Shown here piece after piece: positions 57,401-64,000 of a DNA stretch of 64,000 nucleotides. Where the stretch lies: positions 4,128,001 through 4,192,000 of the forward strand of contig OY820579.1 in the NCBI GenBank assembly GCA_963681965.1, read 5' to 3'. The notes beneath the pieces were generated by a model. That model did no database searches. It saw only the letters and a list, made by a program, of their open reading frames with translations, and was not told the origin of the DNA. The DNA is from a bacterium (GTDB lineage: Bacteria > Electryoneota > JAOADG01). Both the position numbers and the translations under genes were made by a program. The number at the start of each line of letters is the position of its first letter. The first letter of the stretch is position 1.

Positions 57401-57659
57401 GCGAAATCGGTGCAGTATCCGTATCGGTCGCACGTGCGCGCAATCGGGCTATCACCCGCTTCTTCAATTCGCCTGCCGCTTTTTCGGTAAATGTGATCGC
57501 GACAATGGATGCCGGATCGATTCCCGATGCAATCATATTCGCAATGCGGGTCACGAGTACTTCGGTTTTTCCGGCACCGGCACCGGCAGAAAGCCAAATC
57601 GTCTGTGGTGGCGTAGCAGTTGCGCGTTCGCGTTCGGCAAGATCGGGTAGCCTATTCAT
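54483..57659 (-). CDS. addA: AddA-like UvrD helicase with C-terminal PD-(D/E)XK nuclease
   Basis: AGAGAGKT, ITFT.KAA.E, GTIHSF, DEAQD, VGD..QSIYGFRNA, NFRS, MTVHGAKGLEF, YVA.TRA; G.ID....DFKS...Q..LY. Confidence 0.88.
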   Translation of the reverse strand: MNRLPDLAERERATATPPQTIWLSAGAGAGKTEVLVTRIANMIASGIDPASIVAITFTEKAAGELKKRVIARLRARATDTDTAPISPEQIRSVRRMFVGTIHSFALHLIKQAPLTASIDPELQVIDDLELSRRLAAVVNEWRHREDVTTLHVDAISVDAITRNLCNSIADHAVELNCIEFDAPPTDCEIQQSFESVEQLVSSIRNCLRQCSDVRDKLAQRMQLGLDGWTTLQLSATENSTEYLVDIQEWLSTFALTGTGAVRSFKKTGAKSSWIDPDTLTRARELIAGWIDAALQWRNLLAAREAGRWERPLQDLSERFRTALLANGEARFDDLIELAIAFLSNPDATPHAPIRFQHLHLDEAQDSDPRQVALWEAVAAQHTPNERTLFVVGDSNQSIYGFRNADVTQFRDRLHDALQQENVEAISQLSANFRSTKTLIDFFNRLFAQIFDANPPVMVAPNDDDKSTAKTGIVLLQGPAEESYSADEGTRNTAQAVAAYLAHCRDKGTLPIDSKGAVNWSEIALLLPTSSAAATYEKAFRSYRIPFINQLNRGFFDDDLIRDAINALAVIADPSDGVALLGALRGALFAVPDKELWWWRKSLETSNLANDTVRMMQLEPAPDGAPALLRNALALLSELARQSFERSPISIAQELFDRTGIVLASWRDGGPAMRAKLDGLLTLLRRMPVGTSLLAASEQLRQLVNDAQRLSSPAIPEESAVRMMTVHGAKGLEFEWVFVHGAPYWGDPGEKRTPMILNHPVTGKTQLNFNEWYRTLQFGDALSSYREREQEERKRLFYVACTRAKQRLILPLLPRKKSSSLDFSEAVRNAIAAETSECIDWRTLPAAGALTTSELPDTEICYPEPLRFSKPLSLMSATAVTHDEATFTQSLQPGEETDLGRIFGTAIHEVLARVDRSSTDEQIAQIVARQLTLLDAEQLTSTIRQEWSTRIGQMTHQWLDSELAQQVYISDFQVEYPLLYHSGEALVSGRIDLLAQIGREWIVIDFKSDAVTDPQILVERYSAQLQLYCQAVRNATGLLARGVIWSLVLGCAIEIGDRA

Positions 57660-60576
57660 CGGTACCCTCCGCAACCGGTTTTCTCGAAGCAGTTAACCGA
57701 AATTGGATTCCGGTCAGCGATGCAATCCGCGCCTCATCGATTGCATCCGGTTCGAGTACGCGTTCGCCGCAGACTGTCGCAAATGGACAACGATCGCACT
57801 CCTCTTTCAACATGCCATGTGCAGGCATCGGTTGTGGTGTCGGTGCGAAATTGCCGCTGCGAATTCCGTCGACAATCCCAACCAGCAATTCACTTGCCTG
57901 TTCGCACAACATCTGCAACTCAATTCCGCTACAGCGGACATTTCCCGGTTTGTGCGGATTCAAATACATCCAGGCAACTTCATCGACACTGCCCCAGTCT
58001 GCTGCTTCGGCTGCCAGCTTGTACAGCGGTCCTTGCAGAATTCGAGTCGCGGAAAATGTCAATTCTTTCGGTGGTGGCAATCTACCCGTCTTGTAATCGA
58101 TAATGCGCAATCGCTTGGCATCGCCGTCAAGCATCAGCGTTTGTACTAAATCGACGCGACCGCGAAAATGAATCGTCGCATTGTCCAACACTACTTGTTG
58201 TGCGACTTTATCGCGTGCAAACTCCTTTTCCACTTCTTGACCGACCGGTCGCTCGGTAAATTCATCACACAATTTCCGCCATGTTTCCAGTCGCGTTCGA
58301 ACAGTCCTGTGAATCAGCGCGCGTTCGATCGGGTCGCGTTTCGCATCGGGAATGTGTTCCTGATCGAGTGCCTGTGCGATGCACTGTTCCCAATCTGCCG
58401 CATCGGCTTGTGCCGCTTCACCACGCCAATTCTCCAGAATCTTGTGTACCACCGATCCCACTTGCCGATCGTAACGGTCGTCGCGATCCACCAGTTGCAA
58501 TGGTAGCAGATAGCGGAAAAATCCTCGCAACGGACAACTGAGAAAATCTTCGAATGACTGTACCGAACGCAGTCGAGTAATCTCGGTTTCGCCGATTTCA
58601 GTCGGTGAGATATTTCCCCATTGATCGACTGCAACCAGAGGTGGAATCGGTACCGATGGGGGTAACGCTATCATGCAATCGGCGGCAATTGAATGACAGC
58701 GACTGATCAGAATTTCTTTTTGCGAGAGTGCGACTGATTTCAACAAATCGATTCGCTCGACAATTTCGGTATGTTCCTGTTCACCGATCGATTTCTGGAA
58801 ATCGGAATAGTGAGGCGATTCCGGTTGTTCGCGACCGCTGCCAAGTTGAAATCGATTCCGGCTGATAACGATGCGGTCGCCTTGCGCAACCGCCATCGCA
58901 AATAGCCATGACGCTTCGTCTTCGCGATCGGAACCAGTTCCGAAAATCGGAAAACGGTGTTGCCGATTCCAGGCAGTGCGCAATATTTCCGGTAAAATTG
59001 GACTATCGACAACTCCGGAAATCCCAATGCCACCACCTGGCGCTAACACTACCCGGAACAGCGCACCACGCAACGCATGGATCGATCCGACCAACACACC
59101 ACCGGGCTGGTTATTGTTCGATATTTGCGCCTTTGCCAATGCCGATCGTACCAGCGACAACCACTCGCCGAAGGCTAGCCGCGGTTCTTCGACGATCCAG
59201 CTTTTCGAAGTTAGAAGAGTGGACGTAAAAATTTCGAGTGCTTCGCGTTCGCATGGCGACTGGCAGTCGTCTCTACGCCACCATTTCGCCGATGCACTTA
59301 ATAATAAATCGATTTTTCGATCGAGCGAATCGGTCGCGAATATTCCCTTGACTGCCAGAATCGACTGTGCTTCCGCCAGCGGCATGCGCTTTGACAGTCG
59401 TTCCAGTCGATCGGGTATCGCCGTGCTTTTACCGAGATATGATTCATTCAATATTTTATTCAGTTGCTCAGTCGACATCGCACAACCGATTGCACGCAGC
59501 ATTCCGCCCACTGTTTCGGGACGTTCCGGATCGGCAAACCATTCCCACAACAACTGACTGCGCCGACCAATTCCGGTGCGGAGAAACGATTCACCTTCGA
59601 GAAATTGCAATGGTACTTCAACCCGCTCGGAGTACTCCCGCAAGACTTCCAAATATGGATCGGTGGTGGCAAGGACAATTGCCTGTTCATGGAAAGGAAT
59701 GCCCTCTACCATTGCCAGCTTTACACTATAGCGGAGCAATGCATCGATCTCACCTGCTTCATCGCCGGCAACCACGGTATGGCATCCGGTTGCGAGCGGT
59801 TGCCCCGACAGACGTTCCACGATGCGATCCGACGAAATCGAATCGCTTGCTGCATCTCCGAATAGATGTTGTAGCAGCGGCATCATCCGCCGGGAATATT
59901 CGGCATAGTCGCTTCGGGAAGTCGGCAGCAGAAAGTGAAGTTGCAAGTTGTTACGTTTGAGAAATTGAACCAGCGCGACAAAATAATCGATTTGCGATGG
60001 TGCAAAATCGTAGAATCCGGCAAAAATCATATTACCGGAATAGATCGGATCGAGGTCGGATGGTTGCGATTGTGCCAAGATACGTGCCGCTTCACGGAAG
60101 CGCCGGGCGCGGTACCCGATCCCGATCGATTCCGCGAATGTTCTTAATTCGAGTAGTGTCTTCGCCGTCGATTGCAGCGGTTCGTCGATGCCCGCCGGGA
60201 CTTGTTTGACATCCGCTTCCAGTAACTCTTCGGCGGCACTCAGCAAGGTTCGTGCACCACTATTATGAATTCGTAATAGAGCCAGCGGATGTCCGTCCGG
60301 CAGATTGCGTAACCACCGGCGCAGTTTCAGCAGTGCAATTTCAGTTGGAGTTTTTTGAATGGTGAGTTGGAACCGTTCGATTAACGCGTTCAGTGTGACA
60401 ATTTCGACACCGATCAAACTTCTGCCGGGACTGGCGAGCAAAAACCGCAACACCCGCTCGCGCATCGTTCGATCGGGAACGACGATCGTGCAGCGCTTGC
60501 GCTCAGATTGCGCGCGGGTCAATTCGTCGACAACCGCCGAATACAGTGCTTCGACTGCGACCAGACGCCAGCTCAT
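57652..60576 (-). CDS. addB: AddB-like protein: degenerate helicase scaffold plus Fe-S PD-(D/E)XK nuclease
   Basis: SCP...G..VH..LE, GRVD, IIDYKTG, LQ.PLY, CDRCPF..VC (1+3 Cys staple). Overlaps the addA start. Confidence 0.82.
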   Translation of the reverse strand: MSWRLVAVEALYSAVVDELTRAQSERKRCTIVVPDRTMRERVLRFLLASPGRSLIGVEIVTLNALIERFQLTIQKTPTEIALLKLRRWLRNLPDGHPLALLRIHNSGARTLLSAAEELLEADVKQVPAGIDEPLQSTAKTLLELRTFAESIGIGYRARRFREAARILAQSQPSDLDPIYSGNMIFAGFYDFAPSQIDYFVALVQFLKRNNLQLHFLLPTSRSDYAEYSRRMMPLLQHLFGDAASDSISSDRIVERLSGQPLATGCHTVVAGDEAGEIDALLRYSVKLAMVEGIPFHEQAIVLATTDPYLEVLREYSERVEVPLQFLEGESFLRTGIGRRSQLLWEWFADPERPETVGGMLRAIGCAMSTEQLNKILNESYLGKSTAIPDRLERLSKRMPLAEAQSILAVKGIFATDSLDRKIDLLLSASAKWWRRDDCQSPCEREALEIFTSTLLTSKSWIVEEPRLAFGEWLSLVRSALAKAQISNNNQPGGVLVGSIHALRGALFRVVLAPGGGIGISGVVDSPILPEILRTAWNRQHRFPIFGTGSDREDEASWLFAMAVAQGDRIVISRNRFQLGSGREQPESPHYSDFQKSIGEQEHTEIVERIDLLKSVALSQKEILISRCHSIAADCMIALPPSVPIPPLVAVDQWGNISPTEIGETEITRLRSVQSFEDFLSCPLRGFFRYLLPLQLVDRDDRYDRQVGSVVHKILENWRGEAAQADAADWEQCIAQALDQEHIPDAKRDPIERALIHRTVRTRLETWRKLCDEFTERPVGQEVEKEFARDKVAQQVVLDNATIHFRGRVDLVQTLMLDGDAKRLRIIDYKTGRLPPPKELTFSATRILQGPLYKLAAEAADWGSVDEVAWMYLNPHKPGNVRCSGIELQMLCEQASELLVGIVDGIRSGNFAPTPQPMPAHGMLKEECDRCPFATVCGERVLEPDAIDEARIASLTGIQFRLTASRKPVAEGTDE

Positions 60577-61016
60577 CAATGAGTCCGGTTGCGGCGTCGA
60601 CGCAGATCGAGCAACACATCGAGAAAGAATTTTTTCGACGGTTGAAAATCCTGGCGTAGAAATCGTACCGATTTCAACACCTCGATTTCATCCGGCGAGA
60701 TATTGTATAGAATCCGCGCTTCCTCGTCGTGCAGCAGTTCATTGAGTTCCGGATACGTGCCATAACCCGGTTCTGCGTGCGCTTCGGTAGTGCCCGGTTC
60801 GTAACTCGATAGCAAATCGCTCGGTTTGCAATCCATCGCTTTGGCGAATCGAACGATCAAATCTACTGTCGGTGAACTTTGTCCCCGCTCCAGATTCGAG
60901 ATATAGGGGCGCGTCACCATCGCGCGTTCAGCGAGTTCCTGTTGCGACAATCCGCGCTCTTCCCGCATCTGCCGGATGTGTTCGCCTAGCCCTTTGTTAT
61001 CGCGTTTGTGTTCCAT
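60576..61016 (-). CDS. XRE-family HTH transcriptional regulator
   Basis: IRQMREERGLSQQELA...YISNLERG..SP. GGGAGAG RBS; TGATG overlap with addB. Confidence 0.92.
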   Translation of the reverse strand: MEHKRDNKGLGEHIRQMREERGLSQQELAERAMVTRPYISNLERGQSSPTVDLIVRFAKAMDCKPSDLLSSYEPGTTEAHAEPGYGTYPELNELLHDEEARILYNISPDEIEVLKSVRFLRQDFQPSKKFFLDVLLDLRRRRNRTH

Positions 61017-61052
61017 TCCCGTGCTCTCCCGTTTATCTTCCTGCTAATTCTG

Positions 61053-61913
61053 TCAACAATACTCGCGAATCAATTCCTCGATCTGCATGCGAATCGGTTG
61101 TTGTTGATCCAAGGTAAAACCATCGACCGACTCTGTCGATTGCAACGTTCGACCATCGATTGCACCGCATTCGATCATTTCTCGCAGAAGCAGTTGCTCC
61201 AGTTCGCGATCGGGCAAGAGCGATCGCTTCAATTCCACGGTCAATCCCGCCAACACGCCCCACACGCCCCAATTCGATATGCCTGCGACAATCAAATGAT
61301 CGGTGGGTACCCGACAGGCAATGCGCGCACCGTGTGCAATACTCTGCTCGATCGCTTCGGGATTCAATTTGCCCATCCCGATTTCATTTCCACCATCGCC
61401 AATGCCGGTAGTGTTGATTCCCGCAGCCCGCGCAGCCTCGAAACACGATTCCAGCGAATAATACTGGTCGGTGACAGCATCGCCACTCATTGCATAGCAG
61501 ATCCCATCCATAGCCGGACCGACCCGCTCGATCGCGACCAGATGATCGACTTGATCGATTCGAAACTCGCGCCAATCAACCAATTCAAACGGTATTCGTA
61601 ACTGCGTTTGAAGCACTTCGAACAGCGATCGTGAAAATTGATCGCAGACAATTGTCGCTGTCCGCTCCAATCGTTGCCACGCCAACGCCAGTTCCAGAGC
61701 ACCGAGCGGACCGTCGGTTTCGCAGGCGAGCGCTGCACCGACTGGAAATCCGGTAATGATACCGAGTCGATTCGCACTCTTCAATTGCGCACAACTCCGT
61801 GCCAAATCGCCCGGACAGAGCAAACTGGCAACTCCGCGCGCACCCGGATCGGTAATTAGAATCTGTTCCAACTGATCGTAAAAATCTTGAGTAAGCATTG
61901 TCAACGCTACCAT
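61053..61913 (-). CDS. DUF4392 / D-glutamate cyclase-like protein
   Basis: DPG.RG, ITGF, ETDGP.GA, AIER.G, GIGDGGNEIGMG, SNWG, SVDG. Start may be 61898. Confidence 0.88.
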   Translation of the reverse strand: MVALTMLTQDFYDQLEQILITDPGARGVASLLCPGDLARSCAQLKSANRLGIITGFPVGAALACETDGPLGALELALAWQRLERTATIVCDQFSRSLFEVLQTQLRIPFELVDWREFRIDQVDHLVAIERVGPAMDGICYAMSGDAVTDQYYSLESCFEAARAAGINTTGIGDGGNEIGMGKLNPEAIEQSIAHGARIACRVPTDHLIVAGISNWGVWGVLAGLTVELKRSLLPDRELEQLLLREMIECGAIDGRTLQSTESVDGFTLDQQQPIRMQIEELIREYC

Positions 61914-62238
61914 TCGTGGTTATCGTGCATAAAATCAAACAAATGTGGTAAATCAAACGCGTCATAGCTCGTATTATTCGAGCATATATTACGAATAAGG
62001 TAAACTATAACAAACAGGTATTGCAAGTGGATATTGCCGCTTTATCTGCGAAATTACCACACAAAGACGAATTATTGTTATCTTCAAAAAAGCATAATAT
62101 TCGCACCATTGGTTCGATCATTGCCGGTTGCATCACAACCGATCTTGCGGGAATTGACTTCTCGGCTAGACTGTGCAGTACGAAAATCGTACCGTGTATA
62201 GTGCGTTTGCCGACGTTGGTGTCGGTTGGGGAGAATTC

Positions 62239-64000
62239 ATGAATGTTCGGAAATATTTTTTATCAGGTTGGCTGATCCCGGTTATCATCTTGCTGTTTCA
62301 TACTTCGCTCTGGGCAATTCCAATCGCGAAACCGGACCGGATCTGGATCCGGCTCGATGCTGCGCTCTACCAGTCGCTTTCCAAAGCCGACCTCGATGTG
62401 ATTCCCTATCCGACCGGTGACAAGCAACTAGACGATGCCATGCGCCGTTACGGCGTCACGCAACTGGAACCGGTTTTCCGGCATCATGAAACCGCGCTGT
62501 CCGATCCCATTTTTTTAAAGCTCGGTATGGAGCGCGACTATCGTTTCATTGGCAGTAAAATTTCCAATGCGATCGATCCCGAACAACTCGCTACCGAACT
62601 GAAATCGCTCCCTGCCATCGAAGATGCCGCACCATTCTATTTCCGCGAAATCTGTTTTCAACCGAACGATTGGGCACTCAGCAGCCGCAATTCCTGGGGA
62701 CTCGATTCCTGTCATGCCCGGCAGGCATGGGATACGCAACGCGGCGACAGCACGCTGCTCGCACTCACGATCGATACCGGCGTCAATTACAATCACCCCG
62801 ATCTCTATCCCAATATCGCAGTAAATCCACTGGAGGACATCAATCACGACGGTCGGTACACGGCAGCCGACATCGACGGCATCGACAACGACGGTAACGG
62901 TTACATCGACGATGTCATCGGATACAATTTTGTCTCCTACATCCCGATGACAGGCGATACGATTGCTACCGGCGAGATCCTCGGACCGCGCAATGGCAAT
63001 CCGGTCGATGTAAACGGGCACGGTACCCATGTTTGCGGCATCCTCGCCGCCCGCACCAACAACGGCGTCGGTGTTGCATCGGTGAGTTTCAACATCAAGA
63101 CGATCTGTGTGAAAGCGAGCTTTGCCTATATCAGTGGCGGAGCGTTGCGGGGTGGCGGCTTCGACGACGATTTTATTGCCGCAATTCAATATGCGATCGA
63201 TCGCGGTGCGCGCATCATCAGTATCAGCACCGGTGGTTCGAGCACCACCGCGCTCTATCAAACGGCGGTTACCTATGCGCGAAGCCACAATTGCCTGGTG
63301 TTTGCGGCGGCAGGGAATAGCAATAATTCCACGAGAGTTTATCCTGCCGCACTCGATAGCGTCGTTGCCGTTGCGAATTTGGGAACGGGAAACATCCGCT
63401 CCTCATCGTCGAGTTACGGCACGTGGGTCGATCTTGCCGCTCCCGGTAATGGTATCTGGTCGACGCAAGCAAACAATAGTTATCACGCCGCCGATTACGC
63501 GACGATGTCCGGCACATCGATGGCGTCACCGATGGCGGCTGCTGTCGGAGCGCTGACGTTGTCGCGCCGCCCCACTATGTCGGCAGATACCCTGTTGGCA
63601 CTGCTGAAGCGGACTTCGACCAATGTCGATGCGATCAATCCGACATATGCCGGACGCCTTGGCAGCGGATTGGTCAATGCCGATTCCTCTGTTCGATCCG
63701 TGATTGCGACGCCGCTGCTGGTGACATATCCCAACGGCGGGGAGGCTTGGCAATCCAACTTCACGCGCGAGATCTATTGGTCAACTCAAACCGGTGTAGC
63801 GAATGTCGCGATTGAAATCGATCGCAATTATCCGTCGGGAATTTGGGAGACGATTGCCGCATCGACGCCGAATTCCGGTCGATATACGTGGCTCGTCACG
63901 ACACCGATCACGGCTTCAGCGCGCATCCGAATTCTGAATGTGGCGAATCCGGCAATCGGCGATACTTCCAATGCGAATTTTTCAATATCCCTGCCGGCGC
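62239..64000 (+). CDS. Secreted S8 (subtilisin-family) serine peptidase, partial (runs off the right edge)
   Basis: Not in the ORF track. GGGGAG-N5-ATG 62239, then MNVRKYFLSGWLIP signal peptide, IDTGV...HPDL, DNDGNGYIDD, GHGTHVCG, AAGN, SGTSMASP, followed by a YPNGGE Ig-like module. Confidence 0.93.
   Translation, partial: MNVRKYFLSGWLIPVIILLFHTSLWAIPIAKPDRIWIRLDAALYQSLSKADLDVIPYPTGDKQLDDAMRRYGVTQLEPVFRHHETALSDPIFLKLGMERDYRFIGSKISNAIDPEQLATELKSLPAIEDAAPFYFREICFQPNDWALSSRNSWGLDSCHARQAWDTQRGDSTLLALTIDTGVNYNHPDLYPNIAVNPLEDINHDGRYTAADIDGIDNDGNGYIDDVIGYNFVSYIPMTGDTIATGEILGPRNGNPVDVNGHGTHVCGILAARTNNGVGVASVSFNIKTICVKASFAYISGGALRGGGFDDDFIAAIQYAIDRGARIISISTGGSSTTALYQTAVTYARSHNCLVFAAAGNSNNSTRVYPAALDSVVAVANLGTGNIRSSSSSYGTWVDLAAPGNGIWSTQANNSYHAADYATMSGTSMASPMAAAVGALTLSRRPTMSADTLLALLKRTSTNVDAINPTYAGRLGSGLVNADSSVRSVIATPLLVTYPNGGEAWQSNFTREIYWSTQTGVANVAIEIDRNYPSGIWETIAASTPNSGRYTWLVTTPITASARIRILNVANPAIGDTSNANFSISLPA

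Noticed and set aside
57652-61016. XRE plus Cas4-like nuclease as a prophage or CRISPR adaptation module
   Set aside because: The nuclease is the C-terminus of a ~974-aa AddB-like protein paired with AddA; no phage or cas1/cas2 genes.
62515-63288. 257-aa minus-strand ORF
   Set aside because: Antisense to the S8 peptidase, which the track omitted because it lacks a stop within the window.

Overview
Gene-dense chromosomal window from a Gram-negative, probably anaerobic FCB-group bacterium (inferred from T9SS type-A C-terminal domains, a PorX-like regulator and a PorT-like barrel). Left to right: (1) a 2-oxoacid:ferredoxin oxidoreductase (Vor-like) operon running into a NuoE/HydC-like gene at the left edge; (2) yidD, a DUF4337-like gene, an aldo-keto reductase, an outer-membrane barrel, a LamG surface protein, and a beta-propeller membrane sensor ending in a Cys/His module instead of a kinase; (3) an 11-kb catabolic cluster: GNAT-like gene, thiolase-fold protein lacking the nucleophilic Cys, DUF35, YahE/FdrA/YahG-like trio, metal-dependent cyclase and a three-subunit molybdenum hydroxylase; (4) a GT4 and three tandem YCF48/BNR-repeat T9SS cargo genes; (5) an amidohydrolase operon and a cyclase-STAND-TPR protein; (6) a long minus-strand run: Sec-containing selD, DUF2520, porX, tsaE, tsaB, cdaA, TIM barrel, YfhO, histidine kinase, nadB; (7) DUF2723, a truncated SBBP-type gene, an XRE regulator with addB-addA, DUF4392, and a partial S8 protease at the right edge. 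Eight intergenic regions carry clusters of mixed GTAG-footed REP-like hairpins. I saw no tRNA, rRNA, CRISPR array, transposase or integrase. The best candidate for an undescribed system is the 13.5-24.6 kb catabolic cluster. The mixed REP arrays and the porX-cdaA operon come next. All family assignments are from motif recognition by eye; no searches were run.
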